From: a bacterium
GTDB taxonomy: Bacteria > Actinomycetota > Acidimicrobiia > Acidimicrobiales > Ilumatobacteraceae
Length of the DNA: 49,009 nucleotides
Assembly (NCBI GenBank): GCA_013205145.1
Contig: JABMMV010000047.1
Location: 1 to 49,009 of the forward strand
Direction of reading: 5' to 3'
The position numbers were made by a program, and so were the translations under genes. The notes beneath the pieces were generated by a model. It ran no database searches, had not been told where the DNA came from, and worked only from the letters and a program-made list of their open reading frames with translations. Shown piece by piece: positions 34,069-42,033 of the stretch; position 1 is the stretch's first letter, and the number at the start of each line of letters is the position of its first letter.

Positions 34069-35505
34069 GTGCGTTTTTTAAGCGAGCTTCCCGCCCATGA
34101 CCTGACCTATAACGACGTGTTTATGGTCCCTAGTAGGTCAGATGTCCCCAGCAGATTCAACGTAGATCTCACTACGCCTGATCTCATAGGAACAACAATC
34201 CCAGTTGTTGTAGCCAATATGACAGCTGTTGCTGGCAGACGAATGGCCGAGACCATTGCGCGAAGAGGGGGGCTAGCAGTGATGCCCCAAGACATTCCAC
34301 TTGACATTATTGCGTCTGTTACTCGTTTTGTGAAGAGTTGCCACGCCGTATATGAAACGCCCATCACTCTTGCACCTACAGATACTGTTGGCAATGCTCT
34401 AAGTCTCATCCATAAGCGTGCGCACGGCGCAATTATTATTGTTGATGAGTCAAATAAACCAATTGGAATTTTCACAGAGCACGACGCTTCTGGTTTTGAT
34501 CGATTTACACAAGTACAACATGTAATGAACAAAGACATCATTTCGCTCGACGATCAGATGTCGCCAGAGGAAGCTTTTAACTTTCTCACCGATCATCGTC
34601 TCTCTTTTGCGCCAGTAGTAGACGGAAGTGGCGCACTAAAAGGTTGCATGACGCGTAAAGGCGCACTGCGCAGCACCATTTATAAGCCAGCATTGAATGC
34701 AGAAGGTAAATTCATTGTCTCTGTTGCTGTGGGCATTAATGGAGAAGTTGCATCACGTGCAAAGAGCCTTCACAACATGGGTGTAGACGTTCTTGTTATC
34801 GACACTGCACACGGACACCAATCAAGAATGATTTCCACCATTGAAGCGGTGCGCAAGGCTGTTCCGAACGCAACCCTTGTAGCTGGAAATGTAGTGACAC
34901 CACAAGCCACCCGCGATCTCATCTCGGCAGGCGTAGATATTGTAAAAGTTGGAGTTGGGCCTGGCGCTATGTGCACTACACGCATGATGACAGGCGTGGG
35001 CCGCCCGCAGTTCAGTGCTGTTTTGGAATGTGCGCAAGCTGCTCGAGACCTTGGCAAACATATATGGGCCGACGGTGGTGTGCGTTACCCACGTGACGTT
35101 GCACTAGCCCTTGCCGGTGGTGCAGCAAGTGTGATGTTTGGTTCTTGGCTAGCCGGTACTTACGAGTCGGCAGCCGACACTTTGCGAGACACTGAGGGTC
35201 GCTTGTATAAAGAAAGTTTCGGTATGGCTTCAAATCGTGCTGTACGGAACAGAACAAGCACTGAAACTGCTCTGGACCGCGCACGTAAAGAGCTTTTCGA
35301 AGAAGGCATTAGTACTTCTCGTATGTACCTCGACTCTGATCGGCCAGGGGTGGAAGACATTGTCGATCAAATTGTCGCTGGCGTACGTTCTGCCTGTACA
35401 TATGCCGGTGCATCAAATATCAACGAATTTCATGAGCGCGCAGTGGTGGGTATCCAAAGTGCTGCTGGTTACGACGAAGGACGTCCTCAAGGAACTACCT
35501 GGTAA
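34069..35505 (+). CDS. guaB1: GuaB1-family IMP dehydrogenase-related protein (GMP reductase in mycobacteria)
   Basis: 478 aa. MRFLSELPAHDLTYNDVFMVPSRSDVPSRFNVDL...IPVVVANMTAVAGRRMAETIARRGG is very close to mycobacterial GuaB1. CBS pair and catalytic loop GVGPGAMCTTR are present. Confidence 0.88.
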   Translation: MRFLSELPAHDLTYNDVFMVPSRSDVPSRFNVDLTTPDLIGTTIPVVVANMTAVAGRRMAETIARRGGLAVMPQDIPLDIIASVTRFVKSCHAVYETPITLAPTDTVGNALSLIHKRAHGAIIIVDESNKPIGIFTEHDASGFDRFTQVQHVMNKDIISLDDQMSPEEAFNFLTDHRLSFAPVVDGSGALKGCMTRKGALRSTIYKPALNAEGKFIVSVAVGINGEVASRAKSLHNMGVDVLVIDTAHGHQSRMISTIEAVRKAVPNATLVAGNVVTPQATRDLISAGVDIVKVGVGPGAMCTTRMMTGVGRPQFSAVLECAQAARDLGKHIWADGGVRYPRDVALALAGGAASVMFGSWLAGTYESAADTLRDTEGRLYKESFGMASNRAVRNRTSTETALDRARKELFEEGISTSRMYLDSDRPGVEDIVDQIVAGVRSACTYAGASNINEFHERAVVGIQSAAGYDEGRPQGTTW

Positions 35506-35509
35506 ACAG

Positions 35510-36175
35510 ATGACCAAGCGCCTACGCATAGTGGCAATAGACGGTCCAGCAGGAGCCGGAAAATCAACAATTGCGCAAGCTTTGGCACTAGCTCTCGAAA
35601 TTCCGTACCTCGATACCGGTGCGATGTATCGGATGGTCACTTATGTGGCTTTACGGGATGGTGTTGACCTTCAAGATGAAAACACCGTGGCTGATGCAGC
35701 GAGGCGCATGAAAGCCGTCATGTCTACAGATCGTTTTCTTGTCGATGAAGTAGACGTGACTGACATCATTCGTGGTCCGCAAGTGACTGAAGCAGTGAGC
35801 ATTGTTGCTGCTCTTAGTGCGGTTCGCAATGAACTGAGAACTGCACAACGGACATGGGTCGCTAATGCTGGCGGTGGAGTAGTTGAAGGTCGCGATATTG
35901 GCACTGTCGTTTTCCCCGACGCAACCCTTAAGGTCTTTCTCACCGCTTCACCAGCGGTGCGTGCTCAACGTCGCGTTGCGCAATCAGGCGGTGATGTACT
36001 GGTCATAGAACAACAAATCCGTAAACGAGATCACCTTGATTCAACAAGAGCCGATAGCCCCTTGCGCGAATCTAAAGATTCGCTATTCATTGACACCACT
36101 AATTTGAGTATCGATAAAGTTGTGCAGCAAATTACATCTTCGGTGGCGACCATAGAGAGTTCCATGAATGAGTGA
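35510..36175 (+). CDS. cmk: Cytidylate kinase
   Basis: MTKRLRIVAIDGPAGAGKSTIAQALA...LDTGAMYR. Start at ATG 35510; the track ORF start at 35237 lies inside guaB1. Confidence 0.92.
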   Translation: MTKRLRIVAIDGPAGAGKSTIAQALALALEIPYLDTGAMYRMVTYVALRDGVDLQDENTVADAARRMKAVMSTDRFLVDEVDVTDIIRGPQVTEAVSIVAALSAVRNELRTAQRTWVANAGGGVVEGRDIGTVVFPDATLKVFLTASPAVRAQRRVAQSGGDVLVIEQQIRKRDHLDSTRADSPLRESKDSLFIDTTNLSIDKVVQQITSSVATIESSMNE

Positions 36176-36869
36176 CGTAGAGAGTTTTTTGGCGGGTGAA
36201 GGTCTCGGCAGTAAAGCGTTTTACCGTTTTGCACGTTTCATTATTAACTTGCTCTGCAGAGTTTTTTGGCGTGTGCGCGTGACTGGTAGAGAAAATATTC
36301 CATTGTCAGGAGCCTTTGTACTTGCTCCAGTACACAGGTCAAATATTGACACCATGTTGGCCTGTACGGTGACGCCTCGCCGCATGCGCTACATGGGAAA
36401 AGATTCTCTGTGGAAAAATCCCGTAACAGGTTGGTTATTTTCCGCGCTCGGCGGCTTTCCGGTTACTCGCGGAACCGCAGATCGAGAAGCTCTTCGTCGC
36501 TGCGTTTATGTGCTTCAAAGTGGTCAACCTTTGGTGATGTTTCCTGAAGGCGAACGTAAGTCCGGGGCAATTGTTGAAAAGTTGTTCGACGGCGCCGTCT
36601 ATGTAGCTATTAAGGCAAACGTTCCCATCATTCCTGTCGGAATTGGCGGCTCAGAATTAGCAATGCAAAAAGGTTCAAAGATGATACGACCCGTACGTTG
36701 TGCAATGGTTATCGGAAAACCAATTGATGTGGGCACTAGCGATGGTACGCGAACAGCACGTTCCTCGGTCAAAACTATTTCCCAGGAATTACAGGCGTCA
36801 TTACAAAACGTTTTTGATGCTGCTCAGAAGTCAGTTGAGCCGAGAAGGTTGAAAAGATCTACCAAGTAG
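36168..36869 (+). CDS. plsC: 1-acyl-sn-glycerol-3-phosphate acyltransferase
   Basis: 233 aa. HxxxxD motif (PVHRSNIDT), FPEGER, PIIPVGIGG. Overlaps the cmk end by 8 nt. Confidence 0.85.
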   Translation: MSDVESFLAGEGLGSKAFYRFARFIINLLCRVFWRVRVTGRENIPLSGAFVLAPVHRSNIDTMLACTVTPRRMRYMGKDSLWKNPVTGWLFSALGGFPVTRGTADREALRRCVYVLQSGQPLVMFPEGERKSGAIVEKLFDGAVYVAIKANVPIIPVGIGGSELAMQKGSKMIRPVRCAMVIGKPIDVGTSDGTRTARSSVKTISQELQASLQNVFDAAQKSVEPRRLKRSTK

Positions 36870-38077
36870 TCAGGATCTTTTGTTCCACACATTTCGCGCA
36901 CTGAATGCATTGAAAGTTGCGGCACACCAACATCGATGGTGTCTATTCCTAATCGCGTAGCGCTCATTGGCCCAATAGTGCTTCCACAAGGCATCGCGTT
37001 ATTTGCTACAAAGTCTTGAGTAGGAATGTTCGCGCGACGAGCTGCATCAACAACGCGGGAAGCTATTTCTCCATTTGTTGCATAGCGCTGGTTCGCATTT
37101 CGTTTGATCACTGGCCCTAAATTGACCATAGGAGCATGCTGCTGGTCATGTTTTTCCAAATAGTTAGGATGAATAGCATGCGAGTTGTCGGCGGACACCA
37201 TGACAGATTTCTTGGCAATTGCTGCGAAACTCTGAGAGGCTTTTCGCTCGTGCAACAGTTCTCCTAGAACGTGCTCCAGAAGCGGCCCAGCAGCGCCATT
37301 AATGCTTTGTGAACCGACCTCTTCATGATCAAAAAGAGCTACAAGAGTCGGCTGAGTCGGTTGAGTATTTTCAATGAGGCTTTTCACCACTGCCCAACAC
37401 GAAACCTGGTTATCGAGCCGCCCCGATACAAGAAACTCACCCATGGCCCCCAGCACGACCGATTTCTGAGTATCAAACAATTGCAGTTCGAAACCGGTGA
37501 GGAGAGATGGCGACACTTCGCACTTCTCACATAACCATTGCGTGAATAGCAACGAGGTATTCGTGCCCCATATTGGTTTCATGTGATTTTGCCGATGAAG
37601 CATCAAGCCTTTTTCTGAGATCTCGCGGTCCAAGTGGATTGCCAGCTGAGGGATGCGAGCGATGGGCTCATCAATGGAAATAAGTTTGCACTTTCCATCG
37701 GCGAAATAAAGAAGACCAGCGACTCCGAGATCTCTATCGAGCCACGAGTTCAGAAGTACGCCTCCGTATATTTCAACATTTAACTGCGACCATCCGAGTG
37801 TTGTCGATGTGCTGTTGGGCTTTAAATGTAGACCAGGCGAATCGCTGTGTGCACCAAAGATCAGCACACCTTCAGGAGTAGTTATTTCCTGTGGCCAATG
37901 CCACGCAATTAATGCACCACCACGGGTGACAACCCCTTTGTCTTTTGCGAAGTGGGAACCACCAGCATCTTTATAGGTCTGTGAGGCGTACCCAACTTGC
38001 TCGAGCTCATGAGAAGCGCTGTTCACTACGTGAAACGACGTAGGGCTCACGTCGAGAAACTCTTGTAGTGAAATCAT
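36824..38077 (-). CDS. M18 family aminopeptidase (aspartyl aminopeptidase-like)
   Basis: 417 aa. FLDVSPTSFHVV, GAHSDSPG, FDHEEVGS, PCGSTIGP, SMHS. The 3' end overlaps plsC by 46 nt. Confidence 0.88.
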   Translation of the reverse strand: MISLQEFLDVSPTSFHVVNSASHELEQVGYASQTYKDAGGSHFAKDKGVVTRGGALIAWHWPQEITTPEGVLIFGAHSDSPGLHLKPNSTSTTLGWSQLNVEIYGGVLLNSWLDRDLGVAGLLYFADGKCKLISIDEPIARIPQLAIHLDREISEKGLMLHRQNHMKPIWGTNTSLLFTQWLCEKCEVSPSLLTGFELQLFDTQKSVVLGAMGEFLVSGRLDNQVSCWAVVKSLIENTQPTQPTLVALFDHEEVGSQSINGAAGPLLEHVLGELLHERKASQSFAAIAKKSVMVSADNSHAIHPNYLEKHDQQHAPMVNLGPVIKRNANQRYATNGEIASRVVDAARRANIPTQDFVANNAMPCGSTIGPMSATRLGIDTIDVGVPQLSMHSVREMCGTKDPDYLVDLFNLLGSTDF

Positions 38078-38080
38078 TAG

Positions 38081-38707
38081 TTATCCCTTTTGGAAGAGAC
38101 CCATTGGTAAACCAGTTCCACGAAGATGGGAAGTTTCATTGATGGTCACAATTGATCTTTCACCACTTCGAGCCGCAGCTACACGATGGATGGAGGTGTA
38201 GTTCGGATAGAAGAAACCTTGTTGGTAGTTGCTGAGTCCAAGAATGTACGTGAGATATGCATTGATTACCCCGCCATGGCACACGATGGCAATGCGGTGT
38301 CCTGAATGAAGATCAATGAGTTTGTCAACGGCCCCAATAGTGCGCTTGTTGAATTCATCAGCCGACTCCTCGGGGACATTCCATTCACCTCTGAGCATGG
38401 CTTGCCAACGTGGGTCGTTTGTAGCCTTGAGTTCTTCCACAGGTACGTATTCATTCGAGTTGCGATCCCATTCAGCCACATCATCAATGAGTGTGACTGC
38501 CACTTTTTGCAAGGCGGCGAGCGGAGCAGCTGTTTGCTGTGCCCGACGAAGCGGGCTGGCATAAACGGCATCAATCTTCTCCGTGGCGAGGTACTTCGCT
38601 AGATGATCAGCTTGCAAAAGACCTTCCGGCGCTAATTCGGGGTCGGCAATTCCTTCCGTGAGCTCGCGGCGGACTGGGAGTGCGTGACGAATGATAAGAA
38701 GTTCCAT
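38081..38707 (-). CDS. Histidine phosphatase family protein
   Basis: MELLIIRHALP (RHA/RHG motif), SPLRRAQQTAAP, VCHGGVI. Confidence 0.85.
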   Translation of the reverse strand: MELLIIRHALPVRRELTEGIADPELAPEGLLQADHLAKYLATEKIDAVYASPLRRAQQTAAPLAALQKVAVTLIDDVAEWDRNSNEYVPVEELKATNDPRWQAMLRGEWNVPEESADEFNKRTIGAVDKLIDLHSGHRIAIVCHGGVINAYLTYILGLSNYQQGFFYPNYTSIHRVAAARSGERSIVTINETSHLRGTGLPMGLFQKG

Positions 38708-38755
38708 GGAGCCGCTACGTTATTGCACAGACACCAATTTCATGAAGCCGAATGC

Positions 38756-39073
38756 TTAATTACTTAACTGCTTAATTTTTGCAGTATCGATATTGATGTC
38801 CTGACCGAAAAAGGTGCAGTTCACTGAAGCGGCACCTGCATTCTCCTGAACCTCCTGCGAAATCTTTTGTGCACAGTCGGCCAAAGAAGCTCGTTGTGAG
38901 TAGGCAGCCCCTCCAACCAAGGTCAAAATGATGGTGAAGATGATTTTCGTGACCACAGAACTAATGAACTTCAAGATGAGCAACAAAAGAATGACGCACA
39001 CCGCAATTGCGATGAGCGAACCATTTTTGGCTTGGTCTACCGTCAGTGAACTGGTAATGCTTTGAAAGTCCAT
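38756..39073 (-). CDS. Hypothetical small membrane protein
   Basis: 105 aa with two predicted TM helices (LIAIAVCVILLLLILKF, IIFTIILTLVGGAAY) and a C-terminal tail with two Cys. No family recognised. Confidence 0.5.
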   Translation of the reverse strand: MDFQSITSSLTVDQAKNGSLIAIAVCVILLLLILKFISSVVTKIIFTIILTLVGGAAYSQRASLADCAQKISQEVQENAGAASVNCTFFGQDINIDTAKIKQLSN

Positions 39074-39079
39074 GAGGAA

Positions 39080-39085
39080 ACCTTA
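39080..39085 (-). promoter_or_regulatory. -10 box TAAGGT, 6 nt before ATG 39073
   Basis: Minus-strand TANNNT with a 6-nt spacer (ttcctc). Confidence 0.5.
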
Positions 39086-39133
39086 GCGGTCACTGATATC
39101 GCAGATGAGGACATCTCTTTGGTGGGAATACAG

Positions 39134-39139
39134 TAACTT
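39134..39139 (+). promoter_or_regulatory. -10 box TAACTT, 6 nt before ATG 39146
   Basis: TANNNT with a 6-nt spacer (ctgcat). No SD. Confidence 0.5.
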
Positions 39140-39145
39140 CTGCAT

Positions 39146-39577
39146 ATGGCTAATGTCTCGCTTACCCCCAGTGGTCCACCTGAAACTGTTTTGCCAGTTG
39201 ACCCACCGAATGTTCAACAGCTCATTAATGAGATCTCTACATCGCTCACCCTTGATCGGGCAAAGTTATTGCAACTTGTATCCCTCGCGCCGCGGTCGCC
39301 GAGCGTATGGGCGCTGTATGGCCAACACGGCTTAGACACGTTAGAAAGCTATGCCGCGTATCGCGTGGGTTATCACCGTGGCCTCGACATGCTGCGTGCC
39401 AATGGTTGGCGTGGCTCTGGTTTCGTGAGGTGGCAACATCCAAGCAATAGGGCTTTTCTTCTGTGTCTCTTGGGGCTGCAAGTAAATGCAGAGCACATCG
39501 GCGAAGCCGATGAAGCAGAACGATGCCGATTGTTCTTGTTGCAGTTGGATCCGTCTGGAGTTCCCGAAGACAAATGA
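39146..39577 (+). CDS. DUF3151 domain protein
   Basis: 143 aa. PETVLPVDPP..., YAAYRVGYHRGLDMLRANGWRGSGFVRWQHPSNRAFL...IGEADEAERCRLFL matches the conserved actinobacterial DUF3151 core as I remember it. Confidence 0.75.
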   Translation: MANVSLTPSGPPETVLPVDPPNVQQLINEISTSLTLDRAKLLQLVSLAPRSPSVWALYGQHGLDTLESYAAYRVGYHRGLDMLRANGWRGSGFVRWQHPSNRAFLLCLLGLQVNAEHIGEADEAERCRLFLLQLDPSGVPEDK

Positions 39578-40140
39578 ATTCTTTGTGGGCAATATTGAAC
39601 GGGGGACAAAGTTCTCGGTTTGGATCCCCGAAGTATTTAGCTGAACGTAATGGTGAAACGTTTTTAGACATCTCGTTGAAAAGAATCAATGAGGTAAGTA
39701 GCGGCGCCGATCGCATTGTTCTGAGTGGTGGGCCTGCGCCAGACGCGGCATGGGAAGTGGTGGCAGATAGTGCCCATTACTCAGGGCCCGTCGCTGGTTT
39801 GCATTCGTTATTGCTCGTCGCGGCACAGGCACAGTTTGACGTAATGATTGTTCAGCCAATCGATATGCCGATGCTCCAACCTGATCATCTTCGCTTATTG
39901 CGAGATCAGGCATCTCGCGTTGAAGGAATCGTTGTCGCCGAATCAGAGCGTTCTCAAGATCGGCACTGGGTATTGGCTGGCGTACATTGCTCTCGATACC
40001 AAGACGCTATTGCCCATATTGAATCGGGTGCGGGTGGTTCTTTAAAGAATCTATGGTCAGCATGTGCGTGTGATTTCATCAATTTTCCCGATGAATTTCT
40101 CGTTAATGTCAACTACCCCGAAATAACGGATGAACGGTAG
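39574..40140 (+). CDS. NTP_transf_3 family molybdenum-cofactor nucleotidyltransferase (MobA/MocA-like)
   Basis: MNSLWAILNGGQSSRFG resembles the LAGGxxxRMG loop, followed by PIDMP. ATGA overlap with the DUF3151 stop. G versus C nucleotide specificity cannot be judged. Confidence 0.6.
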   Translation: MNSLWAILNGGQSSRFGSPKYLAERNGETFLDISLKRINEVSSGADRIVLSGGPAPDAAWEVVADSAHYSGPVAGLHSLLLVAAQAQFDVMIVQPIDMPMLQPDHLRLLRDQASRVEGIVVAESERSQDRHWVLAGVHCSRYQDAIAHIESGAGGSLKNLWSACACDFINFPDEFLVNVNYPEITDER

Positions 40141-40165
40141 TGATGTCGTTACGTATGAAAATGAC

Positions 40166-40171
40166 TAGCAT
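40166..40171 (+). promoter_or_regulatory. -10 box TAGCAT, 6 nt before ATG 40178
   Basis: TANNNT with a 6-nt spacer (tggaaa). Confidence 0.45.
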
Positions 40172-40177
40172 TGGAAA

Positions 40178-40501
40178 ATGGCGATAGAGGAAATATCGGT
40201 GGCCGAGCTGCAAGGCTTGTTGCCCAACATTGTGCTCATTGATGTACGTGAAACAGATGAATACGAGTCTGGCCACGTTCCTGGATCAATTTCAATTCCG
40301 CTTTCAACGGTGCAAGATAACGTTGAACCGTTTCTTGCACAGAAACCGACTTACGTCATTTGCCAAGTGGGCGGACGCAGCATGCGGGCATGTGAATTCG
40401 CTGAACAAAGTGGCGCTCTTTGTATAAACATTGCGGGTGGCACAGGGGCATGGATCCAGTCGGGCTTCGATGTAGTACTCGGTGAATTGCCAAATATATA
40501 A
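40178..40501 (+). CDS. Single-domain rhodanese (sulfurtransferase)
   Basis: 107 aa. LIDVRETDEYESGHVPGSISIP and active-site loop CQVGGRS. Confidence 0.85.
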   Translation: MAIEEISVAELQGLLPNIVLIDVRETDEYESGHVPGSISIPLSTVQDNVEPFLAQKPTYVICQVGGRSMRACEFAEQSGALCINIAGGTGAWIQSGFDVVLGELPNI

Positions 40502-41671
40502 ATGAAAACTACTTATCGTTGGGTAGACGAAGACCATTCTGTGTTGGCTCTAGCAGAGCGTTTGCGGGCCGTTCCGAACTACGCAATTGATACAGAGTTC
40601 CATCGCGAAAAGACATATTTCCCACAACTTGCTCTTATTCAGATTCGCGTGGAAGATGATACTTATCTTCTTGATGCTCCTCATCTCTCTGCTTCTGCCG
40701 TCGCAGACTTATTCAAGAACAGCGCTGTAGCAATCGTCCATGCAGCTCAGCAAGACCTCGAGATACTTTCCCTTGCGTGTGGAGCAAAACCAGAATTGAT
40801 ATTTGATACTCAAATAGCTGCTGGTTTCATCGGCTATTCCACGCCTTCACTTGCCTCATTGGTGCAACGTGAATTAGAAATTTCACTTCCGAAAGGTGAC
40901 CGTCTCACCGACTGGCTGCGGCGCCCGCTCACGAGTGACCAATGTTCATACGCGGCAAGCGATGTTGAACACCTTCATGATCTGTACAGAGTCATTAGTC
41001 TTCAGCTACAAGAATTGCAGCGGGAGAGTTGGGCCCTTGATGCATGTGCAGAATTGGTCAAGCGTCCGACACAACCAGTTGACCCTGCGATGGCTTGGTT
41101 ACGGATGAAAGATGCACGCACCCTGAAACCGAAATCTCGAGGTGTTGCTCAATCAGTGGCGCAGTGGCGAGAAGAACGCGCTCAGAAACTCGACGTTCCG
41201 GTCCGTCAAGTACTTCCAGACCTCGCGCTGTTGGGAATTTCTCAAAAATCTCCACAAAATCATGATGAGTTATCGCAATGCAGAGGTGTTGATGGCCGGC
41301 ACCTCAAGGGCACCATTGCTAGTGAAATATTGGCTGCGGTCAACAGAGGCCGCGAGGTGACAGCAGAGTTCCCGGTGAACGACGTAGAGGATTTCGACCG
41401 TGACTTGCGCCCTGCCGCAACTCTTATTTCAGCGTGGATTAGCGAAGTAGCGGGAAAGACCAGCATTGAAACTGCTCTGCTCGCTACCCGTGCAGACATC
41501 ATCGATTATCTACGTGGCAATAGTCACGCTCGATTGCGTATTGGATGGAGAGCCGAGATCATCGGATCTGATCTCGATGACCTACGAGAGGGTACAGCTG
41601 GCATTTCCTTTGACGGGAAAGGGGGGCTACGCCTAGTGCGGGCTGCCCCAGAGGAGAACTTCGAGCATTAG
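40502..41671 (+). CDS. rnd: Ribonuclease D (DEDDy 3'-5' exonuclease + HRDC)
   Basis: 389 aa. AIDTEFHRE (DxE), VHAAQQDLE, YAASDVEHL. Starts on the nucleotide after the rhodanese stop. Confidence 0.85.
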   Translation: MKTTYRWVDEDHSVLALAERLRAVPNYAIDTEFHREKTYFPQLALIQIRVEDDTYLLDAPHLSASAVADLFKNSAVAIVHAAQQDLEILSLACGAKPELIFDTQIAAGFIGYSTPSLASLVQRELEISLPKGDRLTDWLRRPLTSDQCSYAASDVEHLHDLYRVISLQLQELQRESWALDACAELVKRPTQPVDPAMAWLRMKDARTLKPKSRGVAQSVAQWREERAQKLDVPVRQVLPDLALLGISQKSPQNHDELSQCRGVDGRHLKGTIASEILAAVNRGREVTAEFPVNDVEDFDRDLRPAATLISAWISEVAGKTSIETALLATRADIIDYLRGNSHARLRIGWRAEIIGSDLDDLREGTAGISFDGKGGLRLVRAAPEENFEH

Positions 41672-41757
41672 CGGCATTCTGTGGCCTGCCTGCGATACAA
41701 TATAAAACTGTTGTATCCAATGCGGTGTTGTGCCGTTAGTTAGGTTGGAGCCCTCTC

Positions 41758-41955
41758 GTGAAAAAGGGTCGTCATCGTCGCTTCGAAGAAGCGCGTAAAT
41801 TAAAGCAAGCTGGGCCTAGTGCCGCAGATCTCGGTTTCAGTGAACAAACATCTCGCACGAAGAGCGAAGATGATGAATACGCTGCAATCGCCGAGAAATA
41901 CGGAGTTCGATTCGACGACGAAGAAGACGAAGACGACGAACGTTCCGAATTTTAA
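41758..41955 (+). CDS. Small protein with basic N-terminus and highly acidic C-terminus
   Basis: 65 aa, GTG start with GGAG 7 nt upstream. KKGRHRRFEEARKLKQ...DDEEDEDDERSEF. The architecture recalls actinobacterial DUF3073 proteins, but this is not verified. Confidence 0.55.
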   Translation: MKKGRHRRFEEARKLKQAGPSAADLGFSEQTSRTKSEDDEYAAIAEKYGVRFDDEEDEDDERSEF

Positions 41956-42033
41956 ATTAGGCCTCTCGCGCTCACCCCCTTATTCAGTCAGTTCTCGCAG
42001 CTGCCCCTCACCCATTACTGATTGTTGATCATT

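Noticed and set aside
36168-38077. Expected der (engA) downstream of cmk-plsC is missing and is replaced by a convergent aminopeptidase.
   Set aside because: Gene-order variation at this locus is common, and der may lie elsewhere. Nothing in the sequence indicates a deletion scar or pseudogene.
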